DNA of 64,000 nucleotides from a candidate division WOR-3 bacterium (GTDB lineage Bacteria; Hydrothermota; 32-111), in assembly GCA_037481815.1 (NCBI GenBank), contig JBBFKX010000001.1, forward strand, positions 352,001 to 416,000, read 5' to 3'. The stretch's first letter is position 1, and every line of letters begins with the position of its first letter. Below, piece after piece: positions 30,330 through 40,449 of this stretch. The notes under the pieces were generated by a model. It was not told the origin of the DNA. It worked only from the letters and a program-made list of their open reading frames with translations, and made no database searches. The position numbers and the translations under genes were made by a program.

Positions 30330-33113
30330 TTATCTTTCTTTTCTTAAGTACTCAGCAGTATAAGAGTTTTTACATTTTAAGAAATCATCATATCTACCCT
30401 GAAAAAGAAGTTTTCCGCCTTCATCTCCTCCTTCAGGACCTAGATCAATAATCCAGTCAGCAAATTTTATGATATCAATGTTGTGCTCTATCACAACTAA
30501 AGTATTACCTTTTTTAACCAACTTGTCAAGAACTTTAAGTAAAAGTTTAACATCATAAAAATGGAGTCCAGTTGAGGGTTCATCGAGTATGTATAGAGTT
30601 CTTCCAGTATCGGTTCTTGAAAGTTCTTTTGCAAGTTTTATCCTTTGTGCTTCTCCTCCAGAAAGAGAAACCGCAGGTTGTCCAAGTCTAATGTAACCAA
30701 GTCCAACCTCGTTTAAAATTTCCAACTTTTTAACGATTCTGGGGACATCTTTAAAAAGTTCCATAGCGTTTATCACTGTCATGTTCAAAACATCTGAAAT
30801 ATTTTTCCCTTTGTATTTAACCTGCAAAGTTTCCTCGTTGAATCTTTTCCCATTACAAACATCACACTGGACATAAACTGGAGGAAGGAAATACATTTCA
30901 ATCTTTTTGTATCCATCACCTTCACACGACTCACATCTTCCACCTGGAACATTGAAGGAAAATCTACCAGGTTTGTATCCTCTCATCTTTGATTCTTTCA
31001 ACTGTGAAAAGAAATCTCTGATGTATGTAAAAACACCAGTATAGGTCGCTGGATTTGACCTCGGAGTTCTTCCAATAGGTGATTGATCTATATTTATAAC
31101 CTTATCTATAAAATGCAAATTTTCAATTCCATCATGTTTTCCGGGTTTGATTCTCGAAATTTTTAAATATCTTTTGACAGCATTGTAAAGAATATCATTT
31201 ACGAGAGTCGATTTCCCGCTACCGGAAACCCCGGTTACACACACAAAACAGCCAAGAGGAATCTTGACATCAATATTTTTTAAATTGTGTTCAGAGGCAT
31301 TTTTTATCAAAATAAAATTATTTTCGTCAAATTTTCTTTCTTCTTTTCTTTCAAAAACTTTTTCTTTACCGGTCAAAAATTTTCCTGTCAGAGAATCGTT
31401 TGATTTTAAAATTTCATCATAACTTCCTTGAAAAACTATGTCCCCTCCAAAATCTCCGGCTCCAGGGCCAAAATCTATTATATGATCACTCTCTTTTATA
31501 AAATTCTTATCATGTTCAACAACTATCACTGTGTTATCTCTGTCCCTGAGATCTTTTAAAGTTTTGATAAGCAACCTAACATCCCTCTGATGAAGACCGA
31601 TTGATGGTTCATCAAGAACATACAAAACATCGTTTAATCCACTTCCGATCTGGGTTGCAAGATGTACCCTCTGCGCTTCTCCACCTGATAGAGTTTCTAC
31701 TGATCTTTCCAGTGTCAGGTAACCAACACCAACGTTTATGAGAAATTCCAGTCTCTTAACTATTTCCTTGATAAGATCTTTTGAAATCTCCTTCTTTGTT
31801 TCGTCAAAAGAAATTTTATTTTTAAAAAAATCAAGAGAGTCGGAAATATTCATCAGGGTTATCTCATATATGTTCAAACCGTTAATCCTGACTGAAAGGT
31901 ATTCTTTTTTCAATCTCGCACCATTGCATACTTTACATTTTGCGAATATCAGATATTTACCCATTTCCTGTTGCATCCAATCAGAATCTGTGGAATGGTA
32001 GATCCTTTTTAAATATTCTGTTATCGACTCAAACGAGAAATTTTCTGGAATATTGAACGATCCATAATCATCATCATCTATTCCATAAAAAAGTATTCTT
32101 TTAAAAAAACCTGGTAAATCTTTGTAATTTTTCTTTAGATCAATCTTTAAAATTTTTGCAAGTTCTAAAAGATCTGTTCTTTTTGATATATCAGTCCAAA
32201 GATGAATCGCTCCTTCCCATAACGAAAGATCCTCGTTTGCAATTATGAGTTCTTCATCTGCTTCTATACTATATCCAAGCCCATGACATGCCGGACATGC
32301 ACCTATAGGAGAGTTGAATGAGAAACTTCTTGGAGAGATTTCACCATAAGAGATGTTACAAAATGGACATGAAAGTGATGTATTGAATATCCTTTCAGGA
32401 CCATCTTCTGGTAAAATTGAAACGATTCCTGAAGATTCTTTCAACGCTAATTCAAGAGATTGTGTCAATCGCATCCTGCTTACATTTTCGATCTTTATTC
32501 TGTCTATAATTATGGAAATATTATGCAACCTGTTTTTTTCAAGTATTATATCCTCTTCAAGCCGTCTTGGCTGTCCGTCAACCAAAACTTTTGTATATCC
32601 CTTCTTCATCAAATTTTTAAAAAATTCCTTGAACTCTCCTTTTTTGTTTCTAACAACAGGTGAAAGGATCGTTATAACTTTTTCTTCGTTCATGAGTATT
32701 TCATCGACTATCTGATCAACACTCATCTTTTTAACAGGTCTTGAACAGTTATAGCAATATATATCTCCAACTCGTGCAAAAAGAACTCTCAAATAATCAT
32801 ATATTTCTGTAATCGTAGCAACAGTTGATCTTGGATTTTTTGAAATATTTCTTTGTTCAATTGAAATAGCAGGTGAAAGTCCATCGATCCTTTCAACTTC
32901 AGGTTTTTCAAGGACTCCTAAAAATTGCCTCGCATAGGAAGATAGTGATTCAACATACCTTCTTTGACCTTCAGCATAGAGAGTATCAAAAGCAAAAGAT
33001 GATTTCCCTGACCCGCTCACTCCGGTAATAACTATGAATTTTCTTTTAGGGATTTCGCAGGATATATTTTTAAGGTTGTGGACCTTGGCACCTTTAACAA
33101 CTATTTTTTCCAT
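30330..33113 (-). CDS. uvrA: Excinuclease ABC subunit A
   Basis: Two GVSGSGKS Walker A motifs, two LSGGEAQR signatures, zinc fingers. Confidence 0.98.
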   Translation of the reverse strand: MEKIVVKGAKVHNLKNISCEIPKRKFIVITGVSGSGKSSFAFDTLYAEGQRRYVESLSSYARQFLGVLEKPEVERIDGLSPAISIEQRNISKNPRSTVATITEIYDYLRVLFARVGDIYCYNCSRPVKKMSVDQIVDEILMNEEKVITILSPVVRNKKGEFKEFFKNLMKKGYTKVLVDGQPRRLEEDIILEKNRLHNISIIIDRIKIENVSRMRLTQSLELALKESSGIVSILPEDGPERIFNTSLSCPFCNISYGEISPRSFSFNSPIGACPACHGLGYSIEADEELIIANEDLSLWEGAIHLWTDISKRTDLLELAKILKIDLKKNYKDLPGFFKRILFYGIDDDDYGSFNIPENFSFESITEYLKRIYHSTDSDWMQQEMGKYLIFAKCKVCNGARLKKEYLSVRINGLNIYEITLMNISDSLDFFKNKISFDETKKEISKDLIKEIVKRLEFLINVGVGYLTLERSVETLSGGEAQRVHLATQIGSGLNDVLYVLDEPSIGLHQRDVRLLIKTLKDLRDRDNTVIVVEHDKNFIKESDHIIDFGPGAGDFGGDIVFQGSYDEILKSNDSLTGKFLTGKEKVFERKEERKFDENNFILIKNASEHNLKNIDVKIPLGCFVCVTGVSGSGKSTLVNDILYNAVKRYLKISRIKPGKHDGIENLHFIDKVINIDQSPIGRTPRSNPATYTGVFTYIRDFFSQLKESKMRGYKPGRFSFNVPGGRCESCEGDGYKKIEMYFLPPVYVQCDVCNGKRFNEETLQVKYKGKNISDVLNMTVINAMELFKDVPRIVKKLEILNEVGLGYIRLGQPAVSLSGGEAQRIKLAKELSRTDTGRTLYILDEPSTGLHFYDVKLLLKVLDKLVKKGNTLVVIEHNIDIIKFADWIIDLGPEGGDEGGKLLFQGRYDDFLKCKNSYTAEYLRKER

Positions 33114-33116
33114 TCA

Positions 33117-33974
33117 TCAAATCAGGTCGTTTTTATGTTTGTTGTTCTCTTCAAGTATACTGTTGGCTATTTCAAAAATTTCTCTATCTATGATCCTCTC
33201 ATGCTTACCTTCAACTCTTCTTTCCTCAATTAAAACAGGTTTCCTCTTGTTTTTTTCGGTTTCGATGTACTTATAGTAGTTGTAGGACAGAAAACCTATA
33301 TAGAACTTGTTCGTCAAAATGTTGTACAACGCCTGTCTTGAAAAGATCTTTCCCCTTTTTGTTCTTATATTGTTCTCCTGAAGATATTCTTTTAACCTCC
33401 CAAGAGATTTGAACTCTATATATTTGTTGAAGATAAGTTTCACTATTTCTGCTTCTTCCTTTACCACAACGATTCTTTTATCGTTGACTTTTCCAACATA
33501 TTTATATCCTAATGGACAATTTCCACTCGACTTCAATCTTTTTTCAACTGTTCTTAACACTCTATGTGCTGCAAGTTTGTTGGGAAGTTTTTCCTTTTCA
33601 TACCTTGCAAATGCCCCTATAATTTTTTCCCTTAAAATTTCATATTCGATAGAATCAGATATTTTTTCATCAATGTATCTAACAGTAACACCATACTTGA
33701 TGAGTTCCTTTTCAACCCACATCGTAAAGACATCATCCAAAGAAATATTCTCTCTTGAATATGCAAGTATCTTTTTAACACTCTCATTAACCCTTGCATA
33801 ATTGAAGAGTTTAGCAAGCCCTCGATCCTCAGAATCAGGGTCATCAGTAAATTTTTTTATCACTCTGTAAATTTTTTGTTCATCTAAAAACTTTTGAACT
33901 TTTTCTTCAATCTTTTTATCTTCTTTTTCATCTTTTGAAAATCTTAAATAGAGATAAACATCTATAGATTTCAA
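33117..33974 (-). CDS. Serine recombinase family protein (resolvase-like plus recombinase domain, no zinc ribbon), degenerate
   Basis: [38 protein letters not shown] and [11 protein letters not shown] motifs; TTG start behind AGGAG. Confidence 0.8.
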   Translation of the reverse strand: MKSIDVYLYLRFSKDEKEDKKIEEKVQKFLDEQKIYRVIKKFTDDPDSEDRGLAKLFNYARVNESVKKILAYSRENISLDDVFTMWVEKELIKYGVTVRYIDEKISDSIEYEILREKIIGAFARYEKEKLPNKLAAHRVLRTVEKRLKSSGNCPLGYKYVGKVNDKRIVVVKEEAEIVKLIFNKYIEFKSLGRLKEYLQENNIRTKRGKIFSRQALYNILTNKFYIGFLSYNYYKYIETEKNKRKPVLIEERRVEGKHERIIDREIFEIANSILEENNKHKNDLI

Positions 33975-33991
33975 ATACACTCCTTTTTTTT

Positions 33992-34021
33992 AAATGTTAT
34001 AACAATTTGTCAAAAAATCAA
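33992..34021 (-). promoter_or_regulatory. Putative promoter TTGATT-N16-TAACAT overlapped by palindrome TGTTATAACA
   Basis: Divergent intergenic region; perfect 10-bp palindrome at 33995-34004. Confidence 0.45.
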
Positions 34022-34034
34022 TATCCAATTTTAC

Positions 34035-34064
34035 TTGACAATTTTTTTTTTATCGTTATAAAAT
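34035..34064 (+). promoter_or_regulatory. Putative sigma70 promoter of the 717-aa gene/smpB operon
   Basis: TTGACA at 34035-34040 followed by TATAAA (16-bp spacer) or TAAAAT (18-bp spacer). Confidence 0.5.
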
Positions 34065-34097
34065 AGAAAGTAAAGAAAATAAAAAAGGAAGAGAACA

Positions 34098-36251
34098 ATG
34101 AAGAAATCGTTTTTGTTTTTATTTTTAATTTCAATTTTTCTGTTTTCATTTTCAGCAAACCTTCTTCAAAACAGCGATTTTGAGAACTGGACTGATAACA
34201 ACCATCCTTTAAACTGGTTTCCAGATTCTCTATTTCCAGATTCCTTCTATATCGAAAGATCCACATTTTCATTTTCCGGGAATTACAGTTTAAAGTCAAA
34301 CGTTTTTACAAAAAATCAATCTCTTACGGATGTTGTATCTGAATATGTTCCAGTTCTCCCAAATAAGGTATACAGAGTCAAATCTTTTGTTTACGATAAT
34401 GACCAGTATCTATATGCAAAAATTTATCTTAATTATTATAGTTCAACATATACTTTTCTTTCGAACAACTTCACTCTGGATTCTGTGGGGAACTCAAACT
34501 TATGGCAATCTTTCCCAGAAACACTGATCACAACACCTGCGAACTGTTATTATGTCAGAGTAGGATTCAGGTTCTACGATTTAGCCGGTTTTGCAGGATA
34601 TGGAACAATCTATATCGATTCAGTTTATTTTGGGGACACTCTTTCAACAACATCATCTCCAGTTATCTCAAATGTTCAAAGAACACCGTTAACTGTAACG
34701 CCCCAGGATATCGTGATAGTTTCAGCAGATATAACGGATGATGTTACAGTTTCAACAGATTCATTGTATTATAGAGTTAATGATGGAATCTGGTCAACAG
34801 TCTTTCATGATAGTATTAAAGTTTCTAAAAGATTTTTTACTATTCCTCCACAAACGTCTGGAACAGTGGATTATTTTATAATAGCAAGGGATAATGAAAA
34901 CAACAGAACTGTAAGTTCGACATACTCTTATACAATTTCTCTTCCAACAAAAGTTAAAAAAGTTTTATTCGACTATACAAAAAATCAAACAGCAGGAAAC
35001 GCTGATTGGGTAATCGATAGAGATTATCCAACTCCCCTCCCTCAGAATCCGACAAATGAAACCGATTGGGATGGAGCGATATCCGCATGGGGATTTGAAC
35101 TTGATACCGCATATATCACCAATTCAATAACTGGAGAAATTATCACATTTCAAATTTTTACATTACCCCCCGATTCCCCTATTAGATACAATTCATCAAG
35201 TCCACTTGATCTGAAAAATTTTGATCTATACATAGTATGTGAACCACAAAATCCTTTCACATCAACAGAAAAAACGAATATTTTTAATTATATACGCGAT
35301 GGAGGATCGCTCTTTATGATCGCAGACCATGTATCATCCGATAGAGATGGAGATGGTTGGGATTCGCCAGAGATATGGCAGGACTTTGGTTCAGATTCAT
35401 TTGGAATACATTTTCAACAGGTTGGAGAAGGATTCAATAATATTTCTGATTCAACGAATTCATTTTCAACAACTAACGATACGATAACAAATGGTCCTTT
35501 TGGAAATGTTTCTGGATACTTTTATTTTCATGCTGGGACAATGATACCGAAATCTTTAAAGTCAACAGCGATTGCACTTTACGGAACAAATTATTCTATG
35601 TTAACTATTTCAAGATACGGAAAAGGCAAAGTTGCAGGTTGTGGAGATTCATCTCCTTTTGACGATGGAACAGGTAACCCTTCAGATGTTTTATACGATG
35701 GATGGAACGAAGGTGTTTCAAGAAAACTCTTACTGAACACTACATACTGGCTTGTTATAGATTCAACAGATTTACTAGGGTTGAATGAAATTTCCTATTT
35801 TTTCAAACAGATAGATGAAACACTTTTTGTAACTATAAATCCAGATAAAGATTATAAAGAGATAAAACTCTATAAAAATGTAAAAAACAACTATAAACTT
35901 ATAGACAGTTCAAAATTCAAAAAAACTATTGTTTTGAAAGATAAAAATTTTAAAGAGAGATCAGGTTACAAAATAGATTTTGTTTCTGATAACGGAGTAA
36001 CTGAAAAAACGATAAACTTTTTCTTCTCTCCCAAAGATTTAACAAATGAAAAAGTGGTTTTTGATTCCCAAACTAACCTAATAACCTTTAAAGATAGTAT
36101 ACAGAAAAATGTCAAAATTATTGATATTTCTGGAAAAACTATTTTAGAATGTAACGCAAAAGAATATGTTGATGTAAAAAGATTGAATAAAGGTTTATAC
36201 TTTGTTATTGTTGAAAATAAACCTGTTTTAAAATTCTTAAAATTAAGATGA
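34098..36251 (+). CDS. Secreted multidomain protein with a T9SS type-A-like C-terminal sorting domain
   Basis: Signal peptide; NLLQNSDFENW carbohydrate-binding-like domain; Ig-like linker; GATase-like domain (VLFD...TAGNADW, ADH); C-terminus KIIDISGK...LNKGLYFV...KFLK. Confidence 0.65.
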   Translation: MKKSFLFLFLISIFLFSFSANLLQNSDFENWTDNNHPLNWFPDSLFPDSFYIERSTFSFSGNYSLKSNVFTKNQSLTDVVSEYVPVLPNKVYRVKSFVYDNDQYLYAKIYLNYYSSTYTFLSNNFTLDSVGNSNLWQSFPETLITTPANCYYVRVGFRFYDLAGFAGYGTIYIDSVYFGDTLSTTSSPVISNVQRTPLTVTPQDIVIVSADITDDVTVSTDSLYYRVNDGIWSTVFHDSIKVSKRFFTIPPQTSGTVDYFIIARDNENNRTVSSTYSYTISLPTKVKKVLFDYTKNQTAGNADWVIDRDYPTPLPQNPTNETDWDGAISAWGFELDTAYITNSITGEIITFQIFTLPPDSPIRYNSSSPLDLKNFDLYIVCEPQNPFTSTEKTNIFNYIRDGGSLFMIADHVSSDRDGDGWDSPEIWQDFGSDSFGIHFQQVGEGFNNISDSTNSFSTTNDTITNGPFGNVSGYFYFHAGTMIPKSLKSTAIALYGTNYSMLTISRYGKGKVAGCGDSSPFDDGTGNPSDVLYDGWNEGVSRKLLLNTTYWLVIDSTDLLGLNEISYFFKQIDETLFVTINPDKDYKEIKLYKNVKNNYKLIDSSKFKKTIVLKDKNFKERSGYKIDFVSDNGVTEKTINFFFSPKDLTNEKVVFDSQTNLITFKDSIQKNVKIIDISGKTILECNAKEYVDVKRLNKGLYFVIVENKPVLKFLKLR

Positions 36252-36703
36252 AAGTTTTACAAAAAAATAAAAAAGTTTTTTTCGATTATGAGGTATTGGA
36301 GGACTTCGAGGCAGGGATTGTGCTAAAAGGTGATGAGGTCAAATCGATCAGAAGAGGTGCATTTTCGATCAAAGAAGCGTACTGTAAAATAGATAAAGAA
36401 AAAATTGAAATTTATATCCATGATATGACGATCGACAAAAATCCATTTGGAACACATACGAATATTGATCCCAAAAGAAAAAGAAAACTTCTGATGCATA
36501 AAAATGAGATCAAAAGATTATTGCGAAAAGTTGAAGAAAAAGGTTTGACTTTAAAACCTGTTGAAGTATACTTAAATGAAAGGAACATTGTAAAAGTTAA
36601 AATCGCTTTATGTAAAGGTAAAAAGTTGTACGACAAAAAAGAAGTTATAAAGAGAAAAGATTATGAAAGAGAGATTTCAAGAGATCTTAAAAAGTACAGG
36701 TAA
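36248..36703 (+). CDS. smpB: SsrA-binding protein SmpB
   Basis: NKK..FDY, EAGIVLKGDEVKSIR, RKLLMHK.EI and GKKLYDKK. Confidence 0.96.
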   Translation: MKVLQKNKKVFFDYEVLEDFEAGIVLKGDEVKSIRRGAFSIKEAYCKIDKEKIEIYIHDMTIDKNPFGTHTNIDPKRKRKLLMHKNEIKRLLRKVEEKGLTLKPVEVYLNERNIVKVKIALCKGKKLYDKKEVIKRKDYEREISRDLKKYR

Positions 36704-38123
36704 TTTTTTTAGAACATATTTTTTTATTTTGACTTTAATTTTAATTTCACAAAACATTTATTCAGAGAATTTTTTTGAAATCATAAAAAACGGAATCTCC
36801 GATTCATTAGAGATAACCAAATTTGACGAAATAGAGTATATAGATCTCAACATCTTCATAAACTCCATAAACGGTAAGATAAAATTTAAAAAGGTTCAGG
36901 AAGAGATCACAATTGAAACAAACAGGAACTATGCTATTTTACTTATAAATTCTCCCTATGTAAAAATAGGTGGTTCCACCTATAAAATATCATACACTCC
37001 CATCCTAAAAGATCAACAGATCTTCCTACCAGTCAAAAGTATAAAACAAATATTCGAAAAACTTTTACCTGAAGATACATACTACACCGATTACATTATC
37101 AAATATGTTGAAAAGATACATTTAAAAAAAGTTAAAGAAAACGAAAACAGTATTACACTTTTTTTCAACAAAACCCCGCAAACAGATTATGAGTTAACCC
37201 AAAGGGACTTAATATTATTCTTTAAAAATTGTTTTATCCGAGAGGACTCATTTAAATTTAAAAATTCTAAAAATCTCATAAGAGTTGCAGAAGCGATCAA
37301 TGATAATGATGGATCAACATACATCATCACATTTTCTCCAGAATTTTTATTCGATACTCTCATTCTATTTGAGGATTCGATCAGGATAAATTTCATTAAA
37401 TTAAAAAAAAATGATAACAATAATGAACCACAAACTATAAAAACTATCATTATCGATCCCGGGCATGGCGGAAAAGACCCAGGTGCGATTGGATACAATG
37501 GGACAAAAGAAAAAAATTTGAATCTTGATATATCTTTAAGGTTAAAAGAAAAAATAAAATCAAATTTGAGTTATGTTGATGTAGTTTTAACAAGATACGA
37601 CGATAGATTTCTTTCGCTCAAGGAAAGGACAAATTTTGCAAACAAATACAAAAATGCGATTTTCGTGTCAATACATTGTAATGCGTCTAAAAACAGTGAA
37701 GCAAAAGGATTTGAAACATACTTCCTTTCAACAGCAAAAACTGATTGGGAAAGAGCCGTAGAAGCAAGAGAAAACGCCTCGGTCACATTTGATCTGCCAG
37801 AGGCAGAAAAAAAAGGATTGGATTTTATATTCTTTGATTTAGCTCAAAACGAATTTTTAAATGAATCATCAAGGTTAGCAGAACTCATCCAAACAAAATA
37901 TGAGAAAAAATACAAAGATTCTGAAAGAGGAGTAAAACAAGCCGGATTCTATGTTTTAAAGGGAAATTTTATGCCCGCGATACTTATAGAATGTGGTTAC
38001 ATTTCAAACAAAGAAGAGGAAAAGAGATTAAACAACAAAAGTTACAGGGATGAACTTTCTCAGGTAATATTTGAAGGTATAAGGGATTTTATAAAGGAAT
38101 ATGAAAAAAAATTTGCAAAATAA
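36663..38123 (+). CDS. N-acetylmuramoyl-L-alanine amidase (Amidase_3, AmiC-like)
   Basis: IDPGHGGKDPGA, EK..L, SIHCNA and MPAILIECGYISN motifs. Confidence 0.92.
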   Translation: MKERFQEILKSTGNFFRTYFFILTLILISQNIYSENFFEIIKNGISDSLEITKFDEIEYIDLNIFINSINGKIKFKKVQEEITIETNRNYAILLINSPYVKIGGSTYKISYTPILKDQQIFLPVKSIKQIFEKLLPEDTYYTDYIIKYVEKIHLKKVKENENSITLFFNKTPQTDYELTQRDLILFFKNCFIREDSFKFKNSKNLIRVAEAINDNDGSTYIITFSPEFLFDTLILFEDSIRINFIKLKKNDNNNEPQTIKTIIIDPGHGGKDPGAIGYNGTKEKNLNLDISLRLKEKIKSNLSYVDVVLTRYDDRFLSLKERTNFANKYKNAIFVSIHCNASKNSEAKGFETYFLSTAKTDWERAVEARENASVTFDLPEAEKKGLDFIFFDLAQNEFLNESSRLAELIQTKYEKKYKDSERGVKQAGFYVLKGNFMPAILIECGYISNKEEEKRLNNKSYRDELSQVIFEGIRDFIKEYEKKFAK

Positions 38124-38925
38124 ACCGATAGGGATATTCGATTCGGGAATCGGCGGTCTGACAGTTTTGAAAGAAATACGAAAAGTTTTACCGCATGAGG
38201 ATTTAATATATTTTGGTGATACCGCAAGGGTTCCATACGGAATCAAATCTGTTGAAACGATTCGGAAATACGCACTTCAGGACACAAACTTTTTACTCCA
38301 CAAAGATGTAAAACTCATAGTTGTTGCTTGTAATACTGTTTCATCAAACGCGATGGATATATTAAAATCCAGATATAGAAATATACCATTTGTAGATGTT
38401 CTGATACCAAACGCTTTGTACGCTTCACAGATAACAAACAATCTAAAAATAGGAGTCATTGGAACTCCAGCAACAATCGGTTCGGGGTCATACAGAAAAG
38501 TTTTAAAGAGATTCAATCCTAAGATAAAAGTTTTTTCAAAGATGACTCCACTCCTTGTCCCGTTAGCGGAAGAGGGTTTTTTCAAAGGAGAGATCGTAAG
38601 ATTGGTACTAAAAAATTATCTAACAGAACTCATAAACAAAAATATCGACACACTCATTCTTGGATGTACTCATTACCCATTATTTGAAAAAGAGATTTCA
38701 AAAATCTGTGGTAAAAAAATCTCAATAGTAAATTCTGCAAGACAAACAGCAAGAACGGTTAAACATATTCTTGAAGATAATAACATAGAAAATACAAAAG
38801 AATTCTCTGGAGAAATAAAACTTTATCTTTCAGATATACCTGCACACTTTTCTAAAATAGTTTACAGGTTTCTCAAGATCGATTTAAAAGACAAAATAGA
38901 AAAAGTTGATATTGAAAAATATTAA
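38101..38925 (+). CDS. murI: Glutamate racemase
   Basis: FDSGIGGLTV, PYG, VACNT and LGCTHYP. Confidence 0.96.
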   Translation: MKKNLQNKPIGIFDSGIGGLTVLKEIRKVLPHEDLIYFGDTARVPYGIKSVETIRKYALQDTNFLLHKDVKLIVVACNTVSSNAMDILKSRYRNIPFVDVLIPNALYASQITNNLKIGVIGTPATIGSGSYRKVLKRFNPKIKVFSKMTPLLVPLAEEGFFKGEIVRLVLKNYLTELINKNIDTLILGCTHYPLFEKEISKICGKKISIVNSARQTARTVKHILEDNNIENTKEFSGEIKLYLSDIPAHFSKIVYRFLKIDLKDKIEKVDIEKY

Positions 38926-39515
38926 TCAGTAGATGTCTTTTCTCCTTGAAGGAAAAATACTTCCAACCTTTCTCCTGTCATATCTTTTGTTGTCACGGGA
39001 ATGGAGTCCTGATTGAAGCCTATAACAGTATATTTTTTCACTTCAAGTTTTATAGATTCTAATTTTTTTATTTCTTCTTTTGTTTTGTTTGGCTTATTAG
39101 CAAGTTCGTTGTAAGTGGCAAGATCTGGAATAAAAAAACCTATAGCAAAAGTTCCCGGTGTTCCCCTCTGTGATCCATGTTTACCTGAAAGAGTGTTATC
39201 CACTATATCAAGAGTGTTTTCAAGATTATATATTTTTATATCTCCTTCTTTGTATTCCTCATTTGTGTATGGATTCTTTATGTTGAACTCTTTTAAATAT
39301 TGATATATCTTGTTGTCAATTTTATCGGGAAGCTCTCCATTGTTATCAAGCGCAACATATTTTTCATATGCTGCTCTTAAAGCATATATATTGGAAATCA
39401 TATTATAATTGTTGTTCGTTTCTTTATTTTTAACATATCCAGGATATATTAAAATGTAAAGAAGAATTGCTGTTGCTATTATAATTCCTATCTCTAAAAA
39501 TGGAAATTTTTTCAT
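38922..39515 (-). CDS. Pilin/pseudopilin-like protein with atypical N-terminus
   Basis: MKKFPFLEIGIII...LIYPGY hydrophobic helix, later KNPYT; has its own promoter and SD. Confidence 0.45.
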   Translation of the reverse strand: MKKFPFLEIGIIIATAILLYILIYPGYVKNKETNNNYNMISNIYALRAAYEKYVALDNNGELPDKIDNKIYQYLKEFNIKNPYTNEEYKEGDIKIYNLENTLDIVDNTLSGKHGSQRGTPGTFAIGFFIPDLATYNELANKPNKTKEEIKKLESIKLEVKKYTVIGFNQDSIPVTTKDMTGERLEVFFLQGEKTSTD

Positions 39516-39541
39516 CTGTTTACTCCTGTTTTTTAGGTTTT

Positions 39542-39569
39542 ATTATATTAAAAGGATGAATTTTGTCAA
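39542..39569 (-). promoter_or_regulatory. Consensus promoter TTGACA-N16-TATAAT
   Basis: Both hexamers perfect, upstream of an AGGAG SD. Confidence 0.7.
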
Positions 39570-39582
39570 CATCTTTCTAAAA

Positions 39583-40449
39583 TCAGTTATAGGAAAGGTG
39601 GTTTAAATCTTTTATGATTTTTTTGAAGAATGTTCTCTGTCGTTTTACAAGCGAAAGAGTGTTTTTTACAATTTGTTCTTTCATCTTTTCTTTCGATATA
39701 AGACCTTTAATATAATCGAGTGTTTCGAAATAACCTATAACAGGTTTTTCATAAAAAATCTGTTCCCCATACAGAACTTTTATTCTTTGAACTTCTTCAA
39801 CAAGTCCTGAAGAGACCATTCGTTCAACCCTTTGAACTATCCTTTCATGTAATTCTTTTCTATCTTTATAAAGATATTCTATTTTTTCGAGTTTAAAGCC
39901 GATTTTTTTTCTTTTTCTATAGAATGAACTTATCGGTTTTTTTGTTTCAAAGTAAACTTCAAGTGCCCTTGTAATTCTCTGTTTATCGTTTTTGTTCAAT
40001 TCCTGTGCCCTCTGTGGATCCACTCTATTCAAAAGATCATAAAGATAAGGAAGACCTTTTTCTTTCAACATAACTTGTACCTTTTCCCTTGTTTCCTTTG
40101 AAACTTCTGGAATATCATCAAGTCCGTAAATAATCGAATTCAGATAAAATGGCGTTCCAACACTTAAAATTATCCTTCTATCCTCTCTGTTTAAATATTC
40201 ATTAAAATTTCTTAAAAAATCTCCTGCTGAAAAATTTTGATCATATTCAACAATATCTATAAAATAATGAAAAACCTTATCCAGAAAATCTCTATCAGGT
40301 TTTGCTGTTCCTATATCAAGGAATTTGTATATCTGTCTTGAATCACAATTAAAAACAACAAAATTTTCTTTTTTAGATCTTTCCTTTAAGTATTCGGTTT
40401 TCCCTGATGCTGTTTCTCCGAGTAAAAGTTCTATCTTCTTTTGAACCAT
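39583..40449 (-). CDS. miaA: tRNA dimethylallyltransferase
   Basis: GETASGKT, DSRQIY..LDIGTAKP, RITRALEV and KRQRTF; follows mutL. Confidence 0.93.
   Translation of the reverse strand: MVQKKIELLLGETASGKTEYLKERSKKENFVVFNCDSRQIYKFLDIGTAKPDRDFLDKVFHYFIDIVEYDQNFSAGDFLRNFNEYLNREDRRIILSVGTPFYLNSIIYGLDDIPEVSKETREKVQVMLKEKGLPYLYDLLNRVDPQRAQELNKNDKQRITRALEVYFETKKPISSFYRKRKKIGFKLEKIEYLYKDRKELHERIVQRVERMVSSGLVEEVQRIKVLYGEQIFYEKPVIGYFETLDYIKGLISKEKMKEQIVKNTLSLVKRQRTFFKKIIKDLNHLSYN

Noticed and set aside
33990..34012. Possible second LexA box upstream of recombinase-uvrA (TAACAATTTGTCA)
   Set aside because: ACA-N3-TGT spacing differs from the ACA-N2-TGT of the lexA palindrome and the arms are imperfect. 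It is too weak in AT-rich DNA.
33117..34097. Integrated mobile element or prophage around the recombinase
   Set aside because: No att-like direct repeats, cargo, phage or transposase genes, or obvious composition shift are visible.
36248..36760. tmRNA gene next to smpB
   Set aside because: smpB overlaps coding genes on both sides and no GGGG...CCACCA tRNA-like ends are seen.
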